A stretch of 6,847 bases of DNA from a virus (lineage: Duplodnaviria > Heunggongvirae > Uroviricota > Caudoviricetes): the IMG/VR virus record IMGVR_UViG_2563366891_000008; one strand, 5' to 3'. Position numbers and translations under genes: made by a program. Under the pieces are notes generated by a model. That model did no database searches, was not told where the DNA came from, and was given only the letters and a program-made list of their open reading frames with translations. Below, piece after piece: positions 1 through 6,251 of this stretch (positions within the stretch are counted from its first letter, which is position 1; each line of letters opens with the position of its first letter).

Positions 1-575
1 TTCAGTATGCTGGTGGCGGTCTGCTCTCCCGGTACGATGTCGCTTTCACGGTACATTGAGCGGATTTTTTCCGCACGCAACCCCAGCGAACGACGTAATA
101 CCGCTTCCGGTAGCGCGTCCGCCACCTGATTGCGGACCGCCCACCAGGATAATTCAGCCAGCGATAATTCCCGCTCCTGCGAGCCATTCATTGCATGGCG
201 TATGACGTCAATCATCCATGCAGACAGGTTTTGGTGAGCAAGTTGCCCGAGTGATTCGGAGGTCTGGTCGCGCAGCTGGTTGTCGCAGTGCCAGCACAAC
301 ACCATTGCGCCGGTACCATAACGGTGAATGACGGTTTCGCTGTGGTGATAATCGCCGTGTGGCCACTGGCAGGATTTAACATGGCGCAGTAACCAGTCAG
401 ACAATGCGCCAGCGCCACCAGCAGCACGAATCACTCGTTCGTCGCTGAAAAATGGCAGTAATGATTTATCCTCCGCCAGCGGCTGGCGAACGGCAGGAAC
501 GACCCCGGACGGCAGATTACGCATGCTTTTCGGTTCCGGCTCCACCAGCACTCGAGGGTTATGAAATACTTGCAT
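1..575 (-). CDS. Conserved prophage protein, YdfU/DUF968-like (tentative); 3' end lies beyond the left edge. Start uncertain: ATG at 575 or 719, or a continuation of the 649..921 frame through a frameshift
   Basis: Minus-strand frame open from 722 to position 1 with no stop, so it is absent from the ORF track. Hand translation gives protein-like sequence with Cys/His clusters (…KSCQWPHGDYHHSETVIHRYGTGAMVLCWHCDNQ…). Position after hok matches the hokD-rem-ydfU-quuQ order recalled for Qin. Family name is from memory. Confidence 0.55.
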   Translation of the reverse strand, partial: MQVFHNPRVLVEPEPKSMRNLPSGVVPAVRQPLAEDKSLLPFFSDERVIRAAGGAGALSDWLLRHVKSCQWPHGDYHHSETVIHRYGTGAMVLCWHCDNQLRDQTSESLGQLAHQNLSAWMIDVIRHAMNGSQERELSLAELSWWAVRNQVADALPEAVLRRSLGLRAEKIRSMYRESDIVPGEQTATSIL

Positions 576-648
576 GGATTCACAGCCCGGCCTAAGGACC
601 ACAAGCCCGAGTTCCGGTACCAGAACAGGTCGAAGTAATATCCGCACG

Positions 649-921
649 TTACCTCCAGATCCGTTGCTGGTATGTGCGGGATGGGCGCGTTGGGCGTTCG
701 GAATAAGGGAGCCTGACATAGATTATCCAGTGACGATAATCGAGGCTGAGGGCTTTCTTAATCTCGTATCCGCGTCTGCGGTAGTTATGAATTAGCCATT
801 CGGCCTGTTCTTCAGTACATGGTGGGTGTTGGTACCAGTCGGTTTTAAATGCGTGTGAACGCCGCCCATGCCGGATGGCAAGGTCGGTATCAGAATTGTG
901 AAATTTGGTTTTGTGCGCCAT
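649..921 (-). CDS. Small prophage protein (90 aa), in the position occupied by rem in Qin; alternatively the N-terminal part of a frameshifted YdfU-like gene
   Basis: ATG at 921..919 and stop at 651..649. First ~65 aa look protein-like (MAHKTKFHNSDTDLAIRHGRRSHAFKTDWYQHPPCTEEQAEWLIHNYRRRGYEIKK); the tail is R/P/S/T-rich and overlaps the open frame of the downstream gene. Confidence 0.45.
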   Translation of the reverse strand: MAHKTKFHNSDTDLAIRHGRRSHAFKTDWYQHPPCTEEQAEWLIHNYRRRGYEIKKALSLDYRHWIIYVRLPYSERPTRPSRTYQQRIWR

Positions 922-990
922 CTGTTTTCTCTGCTGGCGCAGCAGGTGTCAGGTGTTCAGGCTGACGTGCGAATTGTAAACCAGAATGCC

Positions 991-1020
991 AGAAAAAAAC
1001 AAAACCCGCCGAAGCGGGTT
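991..1020 (-). terminator. Intrinsic terminator downstream of hok
   Basis: On the minus strand: 7-bp stem (plus 1003-1009 aacccgc / 1014-1020 gcgggtt) with a UUCG tetraloop, followed by a U-tract (plus-strand A-run 991-1002). No U-tract on the plus strand, so it is unidirectional. Confidence 0.7.
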
Positions 1021-1088
1021 AAGTGCGGGTGCGTTGAGGATGCCTGACACATCAGAGGTGGCGAGGGATTTCTCCCCCGCCAGGTCTC

Positions 1089-1244
1089 TTACTCCTCAGG
1101 TTCGTAAGCTGTGAAGACAGCGACCTCCGTCTGGCCGGTTCGGATTCGTACCTCGCAGAGGTCTTTCCTCGTTACCAGTGCCGTCACTATGACGGTTAAA
1201 CAGATGACGATCAGGGCGATTAACATCGCCTTTTGCTGCTTCAT
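1089..1244 (-). CDS. hok: Hok/Gef-family type I toxin (HokD/RelF-like), 51 aa
   Basis: Hand translation of the minus strand: MKQQKAMLIALIVICLTVIVTALVTRKDLCEVRIRTGQTEVAVFTAYEPEE. It has the Hok transmembrane segment and the conserved RKDLCEV...TGQTEVAVF...AYE core. Below the ORF-track length cutoff. SD-like AAGGAG upstream. Confidence 0.85.
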   Translation of the reverse strand: MKQQKAMLIALIVICLTVIVTALVTRKDLCEVRIRTGQTEVAVFTAYEPEE

Positions 1245-1868
1245 AGCCTGCTTCTCCTTGACCTTTCGGTCCGTAAGAGGCTAATCTCTATGTGTCGCAT
1301 AGATATGGCCTCAGATTAATGTTAAGCGTCTTGCAGGACGCGTAATGTTAACTGGGGCTTTTCTCTATCTGCCTTTTGGTGTTCATGCCTGAGACAGATA
1401 GCCTCAAGCACCCGCAGTCATTCTACTTAACTCCCGTTACCTCGCCAATATAAAATCAATCAGAAAGGCGATCCATAAGAACAACAGCAAGACAATAAAT
1501 TGCCATTACAGCTGCAATAGCCAGCGCACATTTGAGAACCAGCACGACAACCTCCTGTATTGGACGTACACCAGTCCTGATAAATATGAGGCTGTCTCAT
1601 CATTGATGAGATACAACTATTGGGTATAGTTTCTGTGATTTTGTTCTGTAGAAATGGAACACAACAACCAGTCACCACCAGCACTTCTTTAAATACGCCA
1701 AGTCCGACGCAAGCTAACCTTCTAGTCCGCTTTGAGCGAAAAGCAGACTGTCACGCGTTGAAGTTAATTGTATTACTTAGATAAACACTATCATTTTCCT
1801 GACGTTAAGTTGTATCTTTGATAGGATTAAAAAACGTATAGATAGCTTATGCTACTGAGGGAATAAAA

Positions 1869-2678
1869 ATGACGAAAATTAGTGAACGATGGAAGCACAA
1901 TGGCATTACTGAAGGTTATTGCAATATTTGTGGGAAATATGGCTTGCTCACAAAAGATCATGTTCCTCCAAAGTGCGCCATAACCTTAGGCCCTGTTTTG
2001 CAGAAAACAGTTAGCGAATTTTTTGGTATTCAGGAACCAGTTAAACCATTAAATGCTAAAAATGGCTCTTATTTCAGAACCATTTGCAGCCACTGTAACA
2101 ATAAGGTATTAGGTGGGCTCGATGTTGCAATTGAAAATGTAACAAAGTCCTTTAAAGAACAGTTAAGTCGATATATGAATGGTATGAATGTATATCCATT
2201 CATTAGAATACCTTTTGATAGCATATCTTTCACTAAGGCTATGATTGGGCACGTGCTATCAGCAACTTCAGTTGAAGATTGTAAAAAAGAACCCGTAGAT
2301 AGCCCCTTCTATACACCTTTAAAGGATTATGTTTTGGGTAAAAATTCAAGTTTTGAGGAAACTCATGATATTTACTACTGGTTTTACCCACACAGAATGC
2401 ACATATCCGCTCAAAGTGTAGCATTTATGAACGAAGGACATGTGGCATTTATTTGTGCTTTACATTTTTTTCCTATCGGTTTTATTATCACAATGAAAAA
2501 TGAAGGAACATACCCTGCCCACTCTACAAAATTAGAACTTGAAGATAAATTCCTTACATTTAATATGACCTCTATAAATTATGAGTATACGACATTTCCA
2601 TTTGTAAATCTTAAGGGAAACCAAATGTATGCGATAAGCAACGGTCATACTTGTGTGAGTTATCCAATAATTAAGTGA
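1869..2678 (+). CDS. 269-aa protein with N-terminal HNH-like (beta-beta-alpha-metal) zinc-finger nuclease motif and unknown C-terminal domain; AT-rich cargo gene, candidate defence/abortive-infection nuclease
   Basis: Long ORF with SD GAGGG 7 nt before ATG 1869. Motif C18-x2-C21 ... D30-H31-V-P-P ... C73-x2-C76-N-N-K79 fits the HNH pattern apart from a ~40-aa insertion. GC is visibly lower than the flanking phage genes (rough by-eye estimate high 30s vs mid 50s percent). Opposite strand to neighbouring phage genes. Confidence 0.7.
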   Translation: MTKISERWKHNGITEGYCNICGKYGLLTKDHVPPKCAITLGPVLQKTVSEFFGIQEPVKPLNAKNGSYFRTICSHCNNKVLGGLDVAIENVTKSFKEQLSRYMNGMNVYPFIRIPFDSISFTKAMIGHVLSATSVEDCKKEPVDSPFYTPLKDYVLGKNSSFEETHDIYYWFYPHRMHISAQSVAFMNEGHVAFICALHFFPIGFIITMKNEGTYPAHSTKLELEDKFLTFNMTSINYEYTTFPFVNLKGNQMYAISNGHTCVSYPIIK

Positions 2679-2731
2679 CGGCTAAATCATACAATCTACG
2701 CATGTTCACTTTCTACATATACCATCTATAA

Positions 2732-2757
2732 TGTCCGCTGTTGGCACAAAGCGGACA
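2732..2757. terminator. GC-rich hairpin between convergent genes; possible bidirectional terminator or cassette boundary
   Basis: 8-bp perfect stem tgtccgct (2732-2739) / agcggaca (2750-2757) with a 10-nt loop, lying between the stop of the + gene (2678) and the stop of the - gene (2825). No clean U-tract on either side. Confidence 0.35.
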
Positions 2758-2824
2758 ACCACGCTAGCTCTACCCTGTGCCACAAAATGTCAATTAATAC
2801 CTGAACTAATGCTCTTTAATTTCG

Positions 2825-3241
2825 TCACTTCAATAAATACCGAACATTTCCCTGATAAAATTCCAGTATGCGCTGCATAACTTCGCTCTGACGACACTCG
2901 CGACAAATTATATTCTGTCGTCTGTTGTAACGGCGTATTTCGCCATCTAGCAATGAATAAATCAGGTCAGGATCGCTCTTCTTTTTCACTGCCGCTCTCG
3001 ACATTTTTTTGCGGGCTTTTCCCCAGTCCTTACGAGCCTGCTCCGAAGGAAATATTCCATGTCCTGAACTATATATTGCGCCACTAACTACCAGCTCTTT
3101 CGCCAGAACTTCTATCAGATGTCTCGTAGCCCCGGTTTCATTTTCCAGTTGTTTACGCGTTTTTCGCCCATCTCTGCGTACCAGTTCCACAATGCGCGCC
3201 TTCACTTCTTCCCGCAGTTCGGGAGTAAAAACTTTTGCCAC
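2825..3241 (-). CDS. 138-aa basic protein with HTH-like N-terminal region and C-terminal CxxC; function unknown
   Basis: ORF with GTG start at 3241..3239 preceded by strong SD AGGAGG (4-5 nt spacing). Immediately downstream of the O-like gene in the same operon. The 3' end is more AT-rich than the 5' end. Confidence 0.7.
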   Translation of the reverse strand: MAKVFTPELREEVKARIVELVRRDGRKTRKQLENETGATRHLIEVLAKELVVSGAIYSSGHGIFPSEQARKDWGKARKKMSRAAVKKKSDPDLIYSLLDGEIRRYNRRQNIICRECRQSEVMQRILEFYQGNVRYLLK

Positions 3242-3278
3242 AAGCCCTCCTGAAAATTACCCCATGACCTGAAATCTG

Positions 3279-4349
3279 TTACCCTCTGAATCCCGGCGGA
3301 ATTTCGGTGTCCGGTTCAGAAATATGATTAACACAACGCTGGTTGTTCGTGCCGCTTACCGGGAGCAACCAGGGGTTTTCAAAATTCCGGTCCGGTCCAA
3401 AAAACGTCGTCGCTCGCTGAACAAATTCCGTTCCCGTTTTCCCGGTAGCAGCCAGGTATCTTGTGTAACGCCTCACACCATCCAGCATGGCCTCTGGTGG
3501 CACCCCCTCGCGTAATCTGGCCTTCCAGGCACTGAAAGCGGATTTTTTCGGGTTTGCCCCGGCTCGTAACGGGTATTCCCGCCAGACCTGTTCGAACACA
3601 TCCGGATAATCCACTCGTCCCACAGGCTGCCCGATGTTTTCCGGGACTACCCGATCGGCTTCCCGCTGAATGGCGGAATCGGCTTCAGGCTGCTGCAGTT
3701 GGTGTGATTGCTCCGACCCTGCGGTCATCGCCTGCTGCACAGCGCCCGAATCGGCTTTCAGCGCATACGCTGAATCGGCTTCCGGTGTCGTGCCTGCGGG
3801 CTGGCCAGGAGTGACGGTCTGAACATCCCCTACATGGTTCGTGGCGTTTTTTACGCCATGGACCATAGTGTTTTGATCTTCTTTATCTGTATCTCTATCT
3901 GTATCTTTATCTGTCGTGACTCGTCGTGACATGTGCGTGACATTTCGTGACGCGCCGTGACAATCGCCATTTTGTTCCCGCTTTCTTTCCCTCTCACGCT
4001 GCGCCCTCTTGCGCTCTGCCGGAGATTTTGCGGTTTGCGAAATATTGCCGTTGTCCTCTTTAAGCACCTGGCGTTTTTCCCATCCAGTGATTAAATCACC
4101 ATCAAGTACCCGCCCCTGCATCGTCTGCAAAATTGAATCAATTACCTCTTCTGTCACGTCGAGCGCACTTGCCAAATCTTCTGTCGTGACATCAATGTGA
4201 CCTCGCGTGACATTTCGTGACGCGCTCACCAGGAGGTGGATATACACTGCCATCACTGTTGCAATTGGTTGCCCTGACACCCTGGCAATTGTTCGCCACT
4301 TAGGGTCATTTGGCATGTCATGCCATAATCTGAGCCAGGCGTTAGCCAT
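3279..4349 (-). CDS. Phage replication initiator (lambda O-like functional analogue; possibly YdaU-like) carrying internal origin iterons
   Basis: Long ORF; probable start ATG 4349..4347 with SD GAGGTGAG (the track's 4355 is an upstream GTG). Sits after the cro/cII-like genes. Contains two clusters of 10-bp-periodic CGTGAC repeats plus AT-rich hexamer repeats, as the lambda ori lies inside O. Confidence 0.8.
   Translation of the reverse strand: MANAWLRLWHDMPNDPKWRTIARVSGQPIATVMAVYIHLLVSASRNVTRGHIDVTTEDLASALDVTEEVIDSILQTMQGRVLDGDLITGWEKRQVLKEDNGNISQTAKSPAERKRAQRERERKREQNGDCHGASRNVTHMSRRVTTDKDTDRDTDKEDQNTMVHGVKNATNHVGDVQTVTPGQPAGTTPEADSAYALKADSGAVQQAMTAGSEQSHQLQQPEADSAIQREADRVVPENIGQPVGRVDYPDVFEQVWREYPLRAGANPKKSAFSAWKARLREGVPPEAMLDGVRRYTRYLAATGKTGTEFVQRATTFFGPDRNFENPWLLPVSGTNNQRCVNHISEPDTEIPPGFRG
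3884..3913. repeat. Tandem hexamer repeat TATCTN x5 (AT-rich block adjacent to iterons)
   Basis: tatctg tatctc tatctg tatctt tatctg read directly from the sequence; encodes a TDKDTDRDTDK linker in the O-like protein. Confidence 0.7.
3911..3961. repeat. Putative origin iterons, cluster 1: five direct repeats of CGTGAC at 10-11 bp spacing
   Basis: CGTGAC at 3915, 3925, 3936, 3946 and 3956. Helical-turn periodicity, inside the initiator gene. Confidence 0.65.
4181..4225. repeat. Putative origin iterons, cluster 2: four (C)GTGAC repeats at ~10 bp spacing, including an exact 21-bp copy of cluster 1
   Basis: (C)GTGAC at 4185, 4196, 4206 and 4216. The 21-mer gcgtgacatttcgtgacgcgc is identical at 3935-3955 and 4205-4225. 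An inverted copy GTCACG lies at 4153-4158. Confidence 0.6.
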
Positions 4350-4420
4350 ACTCACCTCTTCTGATACCGAATCTTTTTACTCACGAGTTGCCGGAAGCGA
4401 TTCGATATGGCTATTGTCAG

Positions 4421-4846
4421 TCAATGTACTGCCACAGCATTTCCTGCCGGGCCACCACGGTTCATCTGATTGAAACCGGCGATTGCCACTGCGACAAAAT
4501 CATCAGCGTCTCTCACCAGTCGCTCCCGCGTCTCCACCAGCTCCCGAAAATAAGCTGAACTGTGGCTGCGCATTCTGGCCACCAGCAAAGGTGGCATTGC
4601 CTTTTCGATCGCTGGTAACAACGCCTGAATTTTTTCAACTGCATCAGGGGTGTCTTTCTCTACCCAGCGGAAAATTTTCTGGGTATTGCGAGCCAGGGCT
4701 TCCGGATGGCTGTCGTCATACAGTTCCGGGAACGTCATTCCCAGCTCGAAATACGCTTTGGTAATTTTCGCAGCCGGTACTTTTTCGCCGTCCGGATGCG
4801 CCCAGGCATTCATCGCCATGCGGATGTGTTCATGCTTGATTTTCAT
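4421..4846 (-). CDS. YdaT-like protein (CII-like functional analogue of Rac-type prophages), 141 aa
   Basis: Start ATG 4846..4844 with SD GGGGGG; protein begins MKIKHEHIRMAMNAW.... The ORF-track start at 4918 is an upstream in-frame ATG without SD. Overlaps the end of the cro-like gene by 17 nt. Family assignment is from memory. Confidence 0.7.
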   Translation of the reverse strand: MKIKHEHIRMAMNAWAHPDGEKVPAAKITKAYFELGMTFPELYDDSHPEALARNTQKIFRWVEKDTPDAVEKIQALLPAIEKAMPPLLVARMRSHSSAYFRELVETRERLVRDADDFVAVAIAGFNQMNRGGPAGNAVAVH

Positions 4847-5072
4847 GAATCCCCCCTTGGTTAGAAGGCGGATTATGATCAGAACCGGGAATGACAACCG
4901 TCGGTATGTGTAACTCATATTTGAGCGCCCCGGCAGTGACTGCCTGAATTAGCAACGCCCATTTCCACGGAACCTCTTCCCCCCACATGCTGACTGTGGT
5001 TTTTGACGTTCCTAGAGCTGCGGCTGTTTTAACAACTCCGCCAAAATAGCCTAATACTTCTGATTTTTTCAT
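4830..5072 (-). CDS. Cro-like HTH regulator (YdaS-like), 80 aa
   Basis: Start ATG 5072..5070 with SD GGAG at 6-nt spacing. HTH signature VKTAAALGTSKTTVSMW. Divergent from the CI-like gene. Confidence 0.75.
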   Translation of the reverse strand: MKKSEVLGYFGGVVKTAAALGTSKTTVSMWGEEVPWKWALLIQAVTAGALKYELHIPTVVIPGSDHNPPSNQGGIHENQA

Positions 5073-5100
5073 GAGTCGCTCCATAAAACTGAACGTCAAA

Positions 5101-5163
5101 AGTTTAATAATCAAAACCAAAGAAAGTCAAGAAACAAAACCATCTGTGTTTTAAAATCAAAAC
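5101..5163. promoter_or_regulatory. OR-like operator region with divergent promoters (pR on the minus strand, pRM-like on the plus strand)
   Basis: Three GTTTT-N6-AAAAC-type sites at 23-bp spacing: 5102-5117 gtttaataatcaaaac, 5125-5140 (degenerate) and 5148-5163 gttttaaaatcaaaac. Candidate pR on the minus strand: -35 TTGACT (5130..5125), 18-bp spacer, -10 TAAACT (5106..5101). Candidate pRM: -10 TAAAAT (5152-5157), 6 nt before the cI ATG, implying a leaderless transcript. Confidence 0.5.
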
Positions 5164-5802
5164 ATGAGCAAGCAAACTATATCTGAACGCATAACCCAAC
5201 GTATGCATGCGCTAAACCTGAAAGGCAAAGACCTTGTCAATGGCACTGGCGCATCAAAAGGCTCCGTAAGTCAATGGATGAACGGTGGAGGAGCGCCGTC
5301 CTCGCGTTACATAAGTTCACTGGCAAAAATATTGAAAGTAAACGAAAATTGGCTTCTTAATGGAGGAGAGTTAAATACAGGTGATTCGCTTGATCTATCT
5401 TTACCGCCGATAAAAACGGTTCCGCTACTATCACTTCAGCAGGCAGCAAGCTGGAGTGATTATATGAAAAATTCCTCAATAACCTCTTGTGTGCAGCTTG
5501 TCGGAGAAATCCCGGTCAATACCTTTGCAGTTGTTCTAGAGAGTGACAGTATGTCAACATCTGGTGGGGGAGTTTCCATCCCAAATGGTTCAACAGTTTT
5601 TGTTGATCCCGATCGAACCGTACAACCAGGAAATATTGTCCTTGCCTTACCCAAAGGGACCACAACACCTGTCATTCGTAAACTGGAGATAGAAGGGCCG
5701 GATATTCTTTTAGTCCCCACGAATCCTCGCTACCCTTCAATTATGCTGGATGATCTATCTTGCATATTGGGCGTATGCTTTAAAATTCAACAAGATATTT
5801 AA
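5164..5802 (+). CDS. Lambda CI-type immunity repressor (N-terminal XRE-type HTH, C-terminal S24/LexA-like autocleavage domain), 212 aa
   Basis: HTH segment GASKGSVSQWMNG. C-terminal ...SDSMS...VFVDPDRTVQPGNIV...VIRKLE...LVPTNPRYPSI... parallels lambda CI GDSM...VDPEQAVEPGDF...FKKL...LNPQYP (Ser/Lys dyad). Divergent from the cro-like gene. Confidence 0.9.
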   Translation: MSKQTISERITQRMHALNLKGKDLVNGTGASKGSVSQWMNGGGAPSSRYISSLAKILKVNENWLLNGGELNTGDSLDLSLPPIKTVPLLSLQQAASWSDYMKNSSITSCVQLVGEIPVNTFAVVLESDSMSTSGGGVSIPNGSTVFVDPDRTVQPGNIVLALPKGTTTPVIRKLEIEGPDILLVPTNPRYPSIMLDDLSCILGVCFKIQQDI

Positions 5803-5865
5803 CCAACCTCATCTATTTGATTAACTGTATGCCATCGTGGTGATGGCTTAACAGCTGCCTGCTTA

Positions 5866-5914
5866 AAATGTTTTGATAAAAAAACATTGACCTGAAAAGT
5901 TCGTTTTTCTAAAC
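5866..5914 (+). promoter_or_regulatory. pL-like promoter with overlapping OL-like operator
   Basis: -35 TTGACC (5886-5891), 17-bp spacer, -10 TAAACT (5909-5914). Operator-type palindrome AATGTTTT-gataaa-AAAACATT (5866-5887), with the GTTTT-N6-AAAAC core at 5869-5884, overlaps the -35. Confidence 0.55.
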
Positions 5915-6094
5915 TCCATTCATTCCCTCACCCCATCCTACAGAATGCAGGGCAATACTTCGAGTTACCAGGCAGTGGTCAGGGGTTAAGTAGCCAGCCC
6001 GAGGCGTAAGAACATGACGGCAGGGTTCAACTTTAATAACTATGCAGCAGGTTTTTGTTCCGCTACCCCGGCGTTAAGGGGAAATGAGGTCAGC

Positions 6095-6250
6095 ATGGAT
6101 ACTATCGATCTTGGCAACAACGAATCTCTGGTGTACGGCGTGTTTCCCAACCAGGACGGCACGTTCACCGCGATGACGTATACCAAAAGCAAAACGTTTA
6201 AAACCGAAAATGGTGCCCGTCGCTGGCTGGAAAGAAACTCAGGTGAGTGA
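6095..6250 (+). CDS. Small early-left protein, 51 aa (YdaF-like, tentative)
   Basis: ATG 6095 with SD GAGG at 5-nt spacing: MDTIDLGNNESLVYGVFPNQDGTFTAMTYTKSKTFKTENGARRWLERNSGE. The track ORF from 6014 is an in-frame upstream extension with a weaker SD. Confidence 0.6.
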   Translation: MDTIDLGNNESLVYGVFPNQDGTFTAMTYTKSKTFKTENGARRWLERNSGE

Positions 6251-6251
6251 T

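Noticed and set aside
2-427. Track ORFs 2..187 and 212..427 on the minus strand
   Set aside because: R/W/C-rich low-complexity translations in the same frame, separated by a stop. They are the alternate frame of the real minus-strand YdfU-like gene, whose frame is open across this region.
574-795. Track ORF 574..795 on the plus strand
   Set aside because: Antisense to the better-supported minus-strand coding frames; no SD; junk-like composition.
1245-1460. A mok-like reading frame overlapping hok
   Set aside because: The overlapping frame is open through hok, but upstream it hits TAG before any ATG. Canonical hok/sok organisation is therefore not supported from sequence alone.
1590-1615. 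Possible LexA (SOS) box at the palindrome
   Set aside because: The sequence starts with CTGT but the far half is ATGAG rather than ACAG, so it does not fit CTGT-N8-ACAG.
1460-1684. Track ORF 1460..1684 on the minus strand (74 aa)
   Set aside because: Extremely Cys-rich with no SD and no recognisable fold signal; most likely a spurious ORF in non-coding DNA.
2239-2424. Track ORF 2239..2424 on the minus strand
   Set aside because: Lies entirely inside and antisense to the 269-aa cargo gene.
3884-4225. CRISPR array
   Set aside because: The repeats are 6-10 bp units at helical spacing inside a protein-coding gene, with no 25-40 bp repeats and no spacers. They fit iterons, not CRISPR.
3009-4473. 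Plus-strand track ORFs 3009..3272, 3324..3515, 3554..3814, 4009..4200 and 4207..4473
   Set aside because: All antisense to the 138-aa and O-like genes; P/R/S-rich translations typical of out-of-frame GC-rich DNA.
4483-4913. Plus-strand track ORFs 4483..4764 and 4650..4913
   Set aside because: Antisense to the YdaT-like and Cro-like genes, which have proper SD sequences and operon context.
5460-5720. Track ORF 5460..5720 on the minus strand
   Set aside because: Lies inside and antisense to the well-supported CI-like repressor gene.
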